Shown: positions 29,787-39,361, counted from the stretch's first letter. The stretch is 64,000 nucleotides of DNA from Actinomycetota bacterium (GCA_009698845.1 WLPI01000001.1:6012-70011); one strand, 5' to 3'. The notes: generated by a model from the letters alone, not told the origin. Numbers and translations: made by a program.

Positions 29787-31984
29787 AGCGCTGCCACCCC
29801 TGTAATTCGAGCAATTCTGAAGGTCTGTACTTCGCCAGTGGCATGATCTCGCGCAACGAGTGAGCCCGCAGAGAGTTTTAGCGGATCGATGATGCGATGT
29901 GAAACCAAACCATTGTTATCTGCATATCCAATGGAGAGTGAAGTTGAAGGCTGGTTTTGTAGATAATCAACGAGAAGATCAAGAGTTTCATTGGCGGTTG
30001 TGCGTGGCAGCGAACCTAGCGCTTCGGTAGCAATGTTGCGCATTGTGCTTTGTTTGCGACTTGATTTCTCTCCTGTACGAAGTGCCCTCAGTGCACCGTC
30101 AATCTGAATTTCATCAGGTATGTCTATCTCTCCAATAATTCTAGGAGGACGTGCTTTGGTTTGCGCTCGCTGAATGCGTGGGCCACTGAGTAACAATCCG
30201 CGGGAATCTTCGGCTGCGGGTAGATAACCGCAGCTTCTCAAGATACTCATTACCTCTGCAGCATCATGACCACAAATGATTACTTCAGGTGCAATCTTGC
30301 GAAGACTTAGAATTTCTAACCTTTTATCTCCAATGATTTGGGAAATGAGCGCTGGGTCTTCACAGCGAATAAATGATGATGTATTTCCAACTCTTAGCTT
30401 TCCGTGTTTCTTTGCTACATCTGCGATGAGATATTCAAGCGGCTGAGGCACTGGAGTTTTAGATTTCTTTTTTAGAAATTTACTTATCTCTTCTCCGGTA
30501 CGTCCGTGATCTAAACCTCTACGAATAGTGCTCTCTGAGAATCGGTAAACAGTTGCGCCTCCTCGAGATTCGATATCAGCAATAAGTGCAAGTTCTTGTG
30601 CAATCTCGTGCTCCAATGGCCCAGGAGCAATAGCGGTGTTATCGCTTTGAATAAGAATGTGGTCTACAGCTTTTGGAAGGTCTGCATCTATTGATGAATT
30701 ATCACCACCGTTTAGAAATTCAATTCCATAGAGAGATATTTGTCCTTGACCTGTAATCCCAAGCCATTCTGCTTCACGCAAAGTCCATGCAACATAATCT
30801 TGGGCAAGGCCACCAGAGCGTTTACTTGGTGCAATCCACTGCGCAGCCTTGTACAAACTATCTAATTCCGGTGCGCGATCCAAGCACTCCTTTAACAAAG
30901 TGAGAACTATGCGACGAGTGCTTGCAGCGAGAGATCTATCGAGTTCAGGACCGAGTGGCGCAGTATTTTTCTGACCTTCTTTGCCAACTAGCCCTGACAT
31001 TCGTGATGAAGAAAGCCATGTTGCTGCCAGCAACTGCCAACGAACCGCAGCACTTTGTGTAAGCCATAGATCGAATTGGTGAGTTGGAAGTATCTTGTCA
31101 TCAGGGTCAATAGTCAGAAGCCCAGCAAGGTATGAAACCTCTGCTACAAAAGCTGCGCAACTTTCATCAACACCTAGATGTAACGAAAGTTCCTTAAGTT
31201 CTCTCACGCCCAGTCCACCTGATTTCAGGGCAGTTGCGGGTTCCTGTGCCCAGAAATTAAGCACTTCCTCAGTCCAGCGCAAGAAGGTTGTGATATTTGC
31301 GATGGCTGCAAGCTGTACGTTCTTGGAATTCCTAGAAGTTCCGGAGATCTCGGGCATCACACTTTCAAGTTCACGATGAACTTTATTTCCACGAAGATAG
31401 ATTGCAACCTCACGTGGGAGCACAACAGTCTGTTGATTAAACGGAATCAAGAATTTTTCATCGAGCAACCATTGCACTCCGGCAGTTGGTTTCTTAATAT
31501 CTGAAATTGCACCACGTGGGGGTCCCCACAACATCGCATCGAGAACTTTCTTCGCTGAAGCTGGAGCATCATCTAGTTTCTTTAACTTGAGTTGTCCTAA
31601 TGAAGCAGGTCCCAATCCGGCAATTTCATTTCCGAGAACCTCTCGCAAGGTATTTGGAAGTCGATAGCCATCTTTATCTTGATAGATAATTCCACGTTCG
31701 ATAAATCCGGAAAGTAGAAAGAGCGCAGATTTATCAGTGACCGCACTTAACTCTTTATCTGAGAACGGTTCAGTGAGAACCGCACAGGCCTCTAGTACTT
31801 GTAGTTGCCACTTGTTTAGGGCATCAACAGCTCTTGCAAGACTAGGAGCAGATGATGCCCTGACTGCCAAACTTGCTATATCAGGTGGAACTGGCGTTAC
31901 AAGATCAGGGCGATGTGTGAACATGGCGATAAGCGCAGCATCATCGAGTGTGCGCAAATAATCGGCATAGGAACGAATTTCCAT
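29783..31984 (-). CDS. XPB-associated protein (helicase-associated C3 domain, C-terminal WYL-like region; Rv0862c-like)
   Basis: RPDL..PVP, LKSGGLGVREL, QSDNTAIAPGPL, ESRGGATVYRF, PQPLEYLIADVA..HG, and C-terminal IGYAD...R.IDP......F...RIT. Confidence 0.85.
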   Translation of the reverse strand: MEIRSYADYLRTLDDAALIAMFTHRPDLVTPVPPDIASLAVRASSAPSLARAVDALNKWQLQVLEACAVLTEPFSDKELSAVTDKSALFLLSGFIERGIIYQDKDGYRLPNTLREVLGNEIAGLGPASLGQLKLKKLDDAPASAKKVLDAMLWGPPRGAISDIKKPTAGVQWLLDEKFLIPFNQQTVVLPREVAIYLRGNKVHRELESVMPEISGTSRNSKNVQLAAIANITTFLRWTEEVLNFWAQEPATALKSGGLGVRELKELSLHLGVDESCAAFVAEVSYLAGLLTIDPDDKILPTHQFDLWLTQSAAVRWQLLAATWLSSSRMSGLVGKEGQKNTAPLGPELDRSLAASTRRIVLTLLKECLDRAPELDSLYKAAQWIAPSKRSGGLAQDYVAWTLREAEWLGITGQGQISLYGIEFLNGGDNSSIDADLPKAVDHILIQSDNTAIAPGPLEHEIAQELALIADIESRGGATVYRFSESTIRRGLDHGRTGEEISKFLKKKSKTPVPQPLEYLIADVAKKHGKLRVGNTSSFIRCEDPALISQIIGDKRLEILSLRKIAPEVIICGHDAAEVMSILRSCGYLPAAEDSRGLLLSGPRIQRAQTKARPPRIIGEIDIPDEIQIDGALRALRTGEKSSRKQSTMRNIATEALGSLPRTTANETLDLLVDYLQNQPSTSLSIGYADNNGLVSHRIIDPLKLSAGSLVARDHATGEVQTFRIARITGVAAL

Positions 31985-32029
31985 AACCTGCCAACGATAG
32001 CCGTAAGTGAGGTCCTCGTGCTAATCGAG

Positions 32030-32791
32030 TTAGCGTTTGCGCGGGACTAAGTAGGTGACAGCAGCAGCGATTCTGCTCACTGCGGGTCCGAGTAATCGAT
32101 TTACAAATCTTGCTTTACGGAAATCATGAATTGGCCAACCCTCAGCGAGGGCGCGAATTCGAAGGATTGCATCAGGATTAATTGCACAGGGATTTCCTAC
32201 TGCTTGGAGTAAAGGAATGTCGTTGTGGCTATCTGAATATGAATAGCATTCCTGAAGATCGAATCCATGCTCTTTGGCAAGATTCTGAATTGCAACAGCC
32301 TTTTCCATTCCGTGAAGTAGTTTTCCTTCTAACTCACCTGTGTAGGTTCCATCTTCAATGCACGCTTTGCTTCCAAGGGCTCCAGTTAATCCGAGTCGCT
32401 GCGCGATTATGTTTGCCATATCTTGCGGAGCTGCAGTAACGAGCCACACTTCTTCACCTTTATCTAAATGCGATTTCGCAATTTCAAAAGTTCCTTGCCA
32501 GAGTTTTGGGGAGACGAATTCGTCATAGATTTCTTCTCCTACTTTCTTAATCTCTTCAACTTTATGCCCGCCAATAAAATCTGTGGCTGCATTTTGAAAT
32601 TTCTCAATAACTTCTTTCTTCTCAGTTCCGGTCATGCGAAAACGTAAATTTGCTACAACGAATCGAGAGATATCTGCTTTGGTAAAGAATCCACGTTGGT
32701 ACATGCCTCTTCCGAGAAAGTAGAGAGTCGAACCTCGAACGAGGGTGTTATCTACATCGAAAAAGGCTGCTCTACGTGAGGTGAGTGCCAT
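32030..32791 (-). CDS. HAD-IB family hydrolase (SerB1-like)
   Basis: AAFFDVDNTL, WLVTA, YSDSHNDIPLL..VG.P.AINPD. Confidence 0.9.
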   Translation of the reverse strand: MALTSRRAAFFDVDNTLVRGSTLYFLGRGMYQRGFFTKADISRFVVANLRFRMTGTEKKEVIEKFQNAATDFIGGHKVEEIKKVGEEIYDEFVSPKLWQGTFEIAKSHLDKGEEVWLVTAAPQDMANIIAQRLGLTGALGSKACIEDGTYTGELEGKLLHGMEKAVAIQNLAKEHGFDLQECYSYSDSHNDIPLLQAVGNPCAINPDAILRIRALAEGWPIHDFRKARFVNRLLGPAVSRIAAAVTYLVPRKR

Positions 32792-32842
32792 GTCACTACC
32801 CTAGCGATAAGGGGCAGAAATGGACGCTTTATGATTAGGGGC

Positions 32843-33463
32843 ATGAGTCAAAGCGTCCATGTAATTCGCCACGGTGAGGTAGAGAATCCTGAAAAAATTC
32901 TTTATGGAAGGCAACCTGGCTGGAGACTTTCTCAACGTGGTCAAGAGATGGCAGAAGTTATTGGTCAATGGTCGAAGTCATTAGATCTTGGTGCGTTGCA
33001 TGTTTCTCCGTTACAGCGAGCTCAAGAGACTGCAGCTCCAATATCGCGAGTACATGGAATCCCAATAACGACAGATGAAAAGTTGATTGAAGCCGCAAAC
33101 ATTTTTGAAGGAAAGAAATTCGAATTTGGAAGTGGAGTTCTGCGGCATCCTGCGGCGTGGAAACATTTGTATAACCCATGGAAACCTTCTTGGGGAGAGC
33201 CTTACGAGGAGCAAATCTCTAGAATGCTCGCAGCAATTTTTGATGCAAAGAAAGCGGCAGGTGCAAAAGATGCAATCGTCGTTTCACATCAATTACCGAT
33301 TTGGATTTTAAGAAGTGCAATTGAAGGGCGCCGCTTACTCCACGACCCACGTAAGCGCGAATGCACCCTTGCATCAGTAACAAGTGTTCACTTCGATGAA
33401 GATGGAATGATTTCAGGCACTTCATATTCAGAACCCGCAAAACACCTTCTACCAAAGAAATGA
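32843..33463 (+). CDS. Histidine phosphatase (phosphoglycerate mutase family)
   Basis: RHGEV.NP, SPLQRAQETA, VSHQLPIW. Start set at ATG 32843, 7 nt after TATGAT (32830-32835). Confidence 0.9.
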   Translation: MSQSVHVIRHGEVENPEKILYGRQPGWRLSQRGQEMAEVIGQWSKSLDLGALHVSPLQRAQETAAPISRVHGIPITTDEKLIEAANIFEGKKFEFGSGVLRHPAAWKHLYNPWKPSWGEPYEEQISRMLAAIFDAKKAAGAKDAIVVSHQLPIWILRSAIEGRRLLHDPRKRECTLASVTSVHFDEDGMISGTSYSEPAKHLLPKK

Positions 33464-33464
33464 T

Positions 33465-34001
33465 ATGAAAAGATTTTTTGCTGCATTCTTCGCACTGGTG
33501 ATGCTTACAGGGTGCAGTAACGGCGGAGCTTCAAAGGCCGAGGAGAGTTTTATCTCTGGCGATGGAGCAGTTACTTATATTAAATCGAGTGACCGCGTGA
33601 AAGCACCTTCAATTTCTGGTCTAACTTTGCTCGGAACTCAATACAAATTTGATGGTGGAAAAATTGCAGTTGTTAATGTCTGGGCATCCTGGTGCTCCCC
33701 ATGTCGAGCTGAAGAGCCAGCGCTATCGGCAGCTGCTCGTGCCTATCCAGAGGTCGAGTTCATTGGAATCTTAACTCGAGATAATCCAGTCAATGCAGAG
33801 GCATTTGTGCGAAAGCGAGACGTTCCTTACCCAACACTGATTGATGATTCGATTCTGGCAGGATTCAGGAAATCACTTCCAGCAAATGCAATTCCTTCGA
33901 CAGTTGTAATTGATAAGTCAGGAAAAGTTGCTGCCCGAATTTCAGGGGCAGTAACGGTGGGATCACTCAAAGATGTAATTGAGAAGGTTTTATCCGAATG
34001 A
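33465..34001 (+). CDS. TlpA/ResA-like thiol-disulfide oxidoreductase lipoprotein
   Basis: Lipobox LTGC, VNVWASWCSPCRAE, cis-Pro IPST. Confidence 0.9.
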   Translation: MKRFFAAFFALVMLTGCSNGGASKAEESFISGDGAVTYIKSSDRVKAPSISGLTLLGTQYKFDGGKIAVVNVWASWCSPCRAEEPALSAAARAYPEVEFIGILTRDNPVNAEAFVRKRDVPYPTLIDDSILAGFRKSLPANAIPSTVVIDKSGKVAARISGAVTVGSLKDVIEKVLSE

Positions 34002-34723
34002 CTAATTTCATAGTTGAACAAATCCTGAGCGGGTTCATGCTTGCAGCTTTTCCTCTTGCGGTATTCGCTGGAATCATTTCATTCTTATCTCCTTGCGTAC
34101 TTCCCTTAGTGCCAGGCTATCTAGCTTTTGCTGCAGGATTCTCGCGTGCCAGAGGGAGAGTCTTTCTTGGTTCACTTCTCTTTGTACTTGGATTTAGCGC
34201 TCTCTATATTTCATATGGAGCACTTTTTGGTCAACTTGGATCTGAAGTTGCAGCAAATGAAGAAATCATTACAAGAGCCCTTGGGGTATTCACAATCCTA
34301 ATGGGAGTTATTTTCTTAGGTGCATTTCCGATGATGCCCACTATAAAACCTAAAGTATCCACATCTGGAGGACTACTTGGCGCACCGATTTTAGGATTCC
34401 TCTTTGGAGTTGGTTGGACTCCTTGCATAGGACCTGCACTTGCAACTGTGCAAACACTCGCTTTCCAAGAATCAAGTGCAGTACGAGGAGCAATACTTTC
34501 CTTTGGCTATTGCCTTGGGTTAGGGCTTCCATTTATAGCAACAGGAATCTATTTTGATAAGTCAGAACCGCTTCGAAAGTTTTTGGTAAAGCGAGGCAAA
34601 TTCATTTCTCAAACTGGAGGCGTATTCCTTATTCTGATTGGCGTGCTTCAAGTATCTGGTGTGTGGGGAGATCTCATGATTTCGCTGAGGTCAATGATTT
34701 CAGATTTTAGCCCGGTGATTTGA
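33998..34723 (+). CDS. ccdA: Cytochrome c biogenesis protein CcdA
   Basis: SFLSPCVLPLVPGY and GWTPCIGP. Confidence 0.93.
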   Translation: MTNFIVEQILSGFMLAAFPLAVFAGIISFLSPCVLPLVPGYLAFAAGFSRARGRVFLGSLLFVLGFSALYISYGALFGQLGSEVAANEEIITRALGVFTILMGVIFLGAFPMMPTIKPKVSTSGGLLGAPILGFLFGVGWTPCIGPALATVQTLAFQESSAVRGAILSFGYCLGLGLPFIATGIYFDKSEPLRKFLVKRGKFISQTGGVFLILIGVLQVSGVWGDLMISLRSMISDFSPVI

Positions 34724-36189
34724 TGAGCAAACAGATAGAAGTTCCCGAACTAGGTGCATTCGCCCTGATGCGTTATGCATGGGTACAGCTCACAAGTATG
34801 CGAACTGCACTTATTTTACTGATGTTGATGGCAGTCGCTGCAATTCCGGGCTCATTGATTCCGCAACGCCTAACTAACCCAATTGCAGTCAGAGAGTTCT
34901 TTAAATCAGACCGAGATTTAGCAATCTGGTATGACAGGTTCTCGCTATTTGATGTTTATGGATCACCTTGGTTTAGTGCGATTTATATACTTCTCTTTAT
35001 TTCACTTATTGGATGCGTGCTTCCACGAAGTGTTGAGCACTACAAATCGATGTTGGCGAAGCCGCCAGCAACTCCAAAGAATCTCAATCGGTTATCACAT
35101 TTTCAGGAATTTCACGGCTCACAAGAATCAATGAATCGCGCAAACAGTTGGTTTGCAAAAAATCGATTTAGAGTAAGGGTAGATGCAGAGACAATTTCTG
35201 CCGAAAAAGGTTATTTACGAGAAACTGGGAATCTTCTCTTCCACCTTTCATTGATTCTTGTTCTCATCGGCGTTAGTTTTGGGTCATTGTTTGGTATGCG
35301 CGGAGAAGCAATCATCAATGTTGGTGAACGCTTTATCAGTGTTCCAACTTCCTATGACACGCTCGCTTTTGGTAAGTTATCGAACGATGGCTCACTGAGT
35401 CCATTTCAGATTAAAGTAAATAAATTTGATGCAAAATATGACCCAAAGACCAGCTCTCCTCAGGATTACACTGCTTGGGTTACGGCAGAGATTGACGGCA
35501 AGTCATCGCAAGAGATTTTGAAAGTGAACAAACCACTCACTTTTGGACACACAAGAGTCTATTTACAAGCTAACGGATATAGCCCAGTGGTTACTGTGAG
35601 AGATTCACTCCAGAACGTTGTGTTTCAGGGACCTGTTCCATTCTTGCCACAAGATGGAAACTTACGATCTATCGGCTCAATAAAAGTTCCAGATGCCAAA
35701 CCATCCGTAGGGTTTGTAGCTTCATTTCTCCCGACTAATTCAAGGACCACTTCACAGGGATCAATCTCCATTTATCCAGAACTGCTAGATCCCAAACTTC
35801 TATTCTCAATCTGGGAGGGCGATCTCGGCCTAGATTCCGGAATTCCTCAATCAATCTACAAAATTGATACAACGAACCTTAAACAAATTGGTTTGGGCTC
35901 AGTTAAACCCGGCGAAACATATGAATATGAAGGTGGCTCAATAACATTGGAAACAGTAGTTCCGTGGGTCAACCTGCAGGTGGTTCGAGATCCCGGAAAG
36001 AGTTTTGCCTTAGCCGGAGGTATTCTTGCCATCCTTGGGCTGCTGACTTCGCTATATGGTCGTCGACGCAGAATTTGGATTCGTATCGATGGTGAACGAA
36101 TTGAAGTTGCTGGACTAGCAAAAAATAGCGCACCTGGCTTAGAGAACGAGATTGATAAATTCATAAGAGCGATTAAGGGAGAGAAGTAA
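34723..36189 (+). CDS. resB: Cytochrome c biogenesis protein ResB/Ccs1
   Basis: LTSMRTALILL, GS.IPQ, DVYGSPWF, GNLLFH, VNKPL, RRRIW. TGATG coupling with ccdA. Confidence 0.92.
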   Translation: MSKQIEVPELGAFALMRYAWVQLTSMRTALILLMLMAVAAIPGSLIPQRLTNPIAVREFFKSDRDLAIWYDRFSLFDVYGSPWFSAIYILLFISLIGCVLPRSVEHYKSMLAKPPATPKNLNRLSHFQEFHGSQESMNRANSWFAKNRFRVRVDAETISAEKGYLRETGNLLFHLSLILVLIGVSFGSLFGMRGEAIINVGERFISVPTSYDTLAFGKLSNDGSLSPFQIKVNKFDAKYDPKTSSPQDYTAWVTAEIDGKSSQEILKVNKPLTFGHTRVYLQANGYSPVVTVRDSLQNVVFQGPVPFLPQDGNLRSIGSIKVPDAKPSVGFVASFLPTNSRTTSQGSISIYPELLDPKLLFSIWEGDLGLDSGIPQSIYKIDTTNLKQIGLGSVKPGETYEYEGGSITLETVVPWVNLQVVRDPGKSFALAGGILAILGLLTSLYGRRRRIWIRIDGERIEVAGLAKNSAPGLENEIDKFIRAIKGEK

Positions 36190-37103
36190 TGCAGACCACG
36201 TGGGCATATGTTTCAAATTATTTTGTCTACTCGGCGATGGCTGTATTTAGCATTTCATTTATCTCTCACGCATTTGAGACGGCATTTGCTGTCCGTACTC
36301 CAGAAAATGCTGACTCTACTGACGGAAATCTGATGACAAAGACTCTGGATTACAAACGGACAGAACGCGCAGCTCGCATTGCAACTGCGTTGATGGCGCT
36401 GGGATTTCTGCTACTTCTTGCTGGAGTGATTGCCCGAGGAATCTCTAACGGACATGTCCCTTGGGGAAATATGTATGAATTCTCAATTACTGGAGCACTC
36501 GCATTTACCGGCGCTTATCTCATAGCCCTTCGCAAGTATGACCTTCGTTGGCTTGGACTCTTTATCTCACTAGGAGTACTACTGACTCTTGGAACCGCAA
36601 TCACGTTGCTCTATCGCGACAGTGCGCCACTAGTTCCTGCACTTAAATCAACTTGGTTAGTCATCCACGTAGTTGCAGCAATTATTTCAGGTGGCGTCTT
36701 CTTACTCGCAAATGTTATTGCTGGCGCTTATCTGTATCTAGATAATCTTGAGAGAAAAGGTGGAAGACCAGCCTGGCTTCGTAGACTTCCCAATTTAGAA
36801 GTACTTGATCAGCTTTCATACCGGTTAGTTGCATTCGTATTCCCACTTTGGACATTTGCAGTAATTGCAGGAGCTATTTGGGCAGAGAGCGCATGGGGCA
36901 GATATTGGGGATGGGATCCAAAAGAAACCTGGGCATTTATCACTTGGGTCGCCTATGCGGCTTACTTACATGCACGCGTCACAGTTGGTTGGCGTGGTCG
37001 TCGAGCTGCGTGGTTATGTATTTTTGCTGGATCAACTTTCTTATTTAATTACGTATACGTAAATGTCTGGGGAACCGGAAAGCATACGTACTCAGGTCTT
37101 TAA
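36189..37103 (+). CDS. ccsB: Cytochrome c biogenesis protein CcsB/ResC (system II heme ligation)
   Basis: PWGNMYEF, LVPALKS.WL.IHV, WWD domain GAIWAESAWGRYWGWDPKETW, YLHAR, GKHTY. Confidence 0.93.
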   Translation: MQTTWAYVSNYFVYSAMAVFSISFISHAFETAFAVRTPENADSTDGNLMTKTLDYKRTERAARIATALMALGFLLLLAGVIARGISNGHVPWGNMYEFSITGALAFTGAYLIALRKYDLRWLGLFISLGVLLTLGTAITLLYRDSAPLVPALKSTWLVIHVVAAIISGGVFLLANVIAGAYLYLDNLERKGGRPAWLRRLPNLEVLDQLSYRLVAFVFPLWTFAVIAGAIWAESAWGRYWGWDPKETWAFITWVAYAAYLHARVTVGWRGRRAAWLCIFAGSTFLFNYVYVNVWGTGKHTYSGL

Positions 37104-37106
37104 ACT

Positions 37107-37367
37107 TTACAGACCACGTAAGAAATCAGGATCATCATCCGGAGGCAAGATGCGCTTCTTCAGATTCTTTGGCTTTAAATTCATCGGTTTTCTTCCGATT
37201 ACCAAATATGCAATTGGACCAAAAATGCCTGTCAGTAGGATTGCTAAGAGCCATCCCCATTTAGGCAGTTTGCGAATTTCCGTTTCATCACGTCGCGCAC
37301 AATCGATAAATGTGTAAAGAGTAAGCGCCAGAGAGAGGATGAGAAGGAATCCCTGTAATTTGATCAT
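37107..37367 (-). CDS. Small membrane protein with PLDc N-terminal domain
   Basis: LPKWGWLLAIL...GPIAYLVIGR and PDDDPDFL. Leaderless TACACT-N6-ATG. Confidence 0.8.
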   Translation of the reverse strand: MIKLQGFLLILSLALTLYTFIDCARRDETEIRKLPKWGWLLAILLTGIFGPIAYLVIGRKPMNLKPKNLKKRILPPDDDPDFLRGL

Positions 37368-37384
37368 GGCTTAAGTGTAATCGT

Positions 37385-38230
37385 TTATAGAGCTAGGGAT
37401 ACTGCGAAAATAATTGCGAACACTAATTGGAGTTTACCGGTCGCACCTAAGAGCGGGATGAGCTCTGTGCGAGATGCCCCTTTATGTACTTTTCGTACCA
37501 GAGGCAGCGCCAGCGGAAGCGTAAGAAATGTAAGGAGTGTCCAGGCACTTCCAGAGAGCAGGGCGAAAACATAAGTAGCGGCAATCAAGAAGACAAAAAA
37601 CATTCTAGAGCCGCGATCACCAAGTCGAACAGCCAGAGTGCGTTTTCCAACTAATTCATCCTCTTGTCTATCTCGAATGTTATTTATTGCAAGTAAAGAG
37701 CAAGAAAGTGCTCCCATCGGAACAGAGGCTGTAAAGGCATGCCAAGAAATTTCAAGAGTCTGTACATAGTACGTACCCACGGTGGCAACGACACCAAAGA
37801 AGATAAAGACTGACATCTCGCCTAAACCCTTGTATCCATAAGGGTTCTTTCCACCTGTGTAACCCCAAGCAGCTGCAATTGATGCGACACCAAGAGCAAT
37901 AACCCAATATGAAGATAGGTAAGCAAGTACTAGCCCAGCCATTGAAGCAAGGGTGAAAGAAACAATCGCTGCGCGCTTTACGGATTCTGCAGATGCCAAC
38001 TTTGATGCTGTTATCCGAACTGGTCCAACTCTATTGTCATCGGTTCCACGAATTCCATCCGAGTAATCATTTGAATAGTTAACGGCAACCTGAAGTGAAA
38101 GACTTACAAAGAGGGCAAGAAATGCTTGCAGTGGCTTCCATTGAGCGCCCGCCAATACGGTACCTACAACTACGGGTGCTATGGCCGCCGGCAATGTACG
38201 GGGGCGAGCTCCTTGGATCCAGATCTTAAT
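37385..38230 (-). CDS. menA: 1,4-dihydroxy-2-naphthoate polyprenyltransferase (probable ATT start at 38230)
   Basis: WIQGARPRTLPAAIAP, NYSNDYSDG.RGTD, YTGG..PYGY.GLGE, NNIRD...D...GKRTLAVRLG. The conserved N-terminus lies upstream of the ORF-track TTG at 38194. Confidence 0.9.
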   Translation of the reverse strand: MKIWIQGARPRTLPAAIAPVVVGTVLAGAQWKPLQAFLALFVSLSLQVAVNYSNDYSDGIRGTDDNRVGPVRITASKLASAESVKRAAIVSFTLASMAGLVLAYLSSYWVIALGVASIAAAWGYTGGKNPYGYKGLGEMSVFIFFGVVATVGTYYVQTLEISWHAFTASVPMGALSCSLLAINNIRDRQEDELVGKRTLAVRLGDRGSRMFFVFLIAATYVFALLSGSAWTLLTFLTLPLALPLVRKVHKGASRTELIPLLGATGKLQLVFAIIFAVSLAL

Positions 38231-39320
38231 TCGATGCCTCCCTGTGTAGATCTACAAGTTGTTTGCGGTCAACTTTACCAATTCCAATAAGTGGCAACTC
38301 AGTCAGGAATAAGAAACCTTTGGGTTTGGCTACTGCACCAAATTGTTGCACTAAGAAGTCATTAACTGCTTCTTCACTCACAGAATCACTGCCAGATATT
38401 GCAACATGCAAGGCATCTCCCCATTGTGAATCTTTGATGCCAAATGCAGCAAACGACTGGCCAGGAAATTGATTATGGAGAGCACTGTCAATTGCGCCTA
38501 ATGAAATATTTTCACCACCAGAAATGAGAATGTCATCATTTCTTCCTTCGACAATTAATTTTCCGCTCTCAAATCTGCCAATATCTGAAGTTAAAAACCA
38601 GCCATCTTTCATCTTTGATTCCCACGAAGATTCTGCTCCAAGATAAGTCTTGGCAACGACAGAACCTTTAATGGCAATCACCTTTTCTGGTGTTGTCATA
38701 ATCTCAACTCCATCTAAAGGAATGCCGTTGTACACGCACCCACCTGATGTCTCTGTCATGCCATAGGTCGTAACAATATTGATGCCTAGATTTTTAGCTT
38801 GTTGATGAAGCTCTAGAGTCAATTGCGCTCCACCAACCAAAACTGTTTTTGCATCCTTGAGATGTTTCAGCAATTTTTCATCGCCGTTTATAGCTCGAAA
38901 GAGTTGCGTTGGCACAATCGCTGTGAAATCTACTCGCGGATATTCACCTTTGAAGTTTCGAAGATCTGTAGGTTCAGTACCTAATTCAAGTGAGCGAATC
39001 AATACATTTATTCCGGCAATATGTGTAAGAGGTAGTAGCAATGACCAGGAGTTTCCAGATTCTGCCACTAAGAATTTATGTGATGCTCGAGCTGAGGTAA
39101 GAAGTGATGATGCAGAAAGCCCGACGCTCTTTGAAACTCCAGAGCTACCTGTTGTTGCAACGACCACGCTGATTGGCTCGCTTACATGCGTGAGTGAGGT
39201 CGCCCCGAATGAAAGGGCGGGTCCATCTGAGGCAAGTGCCTTCGCTAGATGCGCCATTAATTCGCTTACAGTCCAATCGGGATCGGCTGTGCGAAGTTCT
39301 CGTTGTGCGTTCTGCTCCAT
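38226..39320 (-). CDS. menE: O-succinylbenzoate--CoA ligase
   Basis: AMP-binding TTGSSGVSK, LPLTHIAG, TYGMTETSGG, GRNDD..ISGGEN, GKVDR. Confidence 0.9.
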   Translation of the reverse strand: MEQNAQRELRTADPDWTVSELMAHLAKALASDGPALSFGATSLTHVSEPISVVVATTGSSGVSKSVGLSASSLLTSARASHKFLVAESGNSWSLLLPLTHIAGINVLIRSLELGTEPTDLRNFKGEYPRVDFTAIVPTQLFRAINGDEKLLKHLKDAKTVLVGGAQLTLELHQQAKNLGINIVTTYGMTETSGGCVYNGIPLDGVEIMTTPEKVIAIKGSVVAKTYLGAESSWESKMKDGWFLTSDIGRFESGKLIVEGRNDDILISGGENISLGAIDSALHNQFPGQSFAAFGIKDSQWGDALHVAISGSDSVSEEAVNDFLVQQFGAVAKPKGFLFLTELPLIGIGKVDRKQLVDLHREASN

Positions 39321-39328
39321 TGCCCGCG

Positions 39329-39335
39329 TAGGCTA
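39329..39335. promoter_or_regulatory. Overlapping opposite-strand -10 hexamers (candidate bidirectional menE/menB promoter)
   Basis: TAGGCTA reads TAGGCT on plus (39329-39334) and TAGCCT on minus (39335-39330). menB has SD GGAGG at 39353-39357. Confidence 0.5.
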
Positions 39336-39361
39336 TCGCTCGTAGACCAAATGGAGGAATC

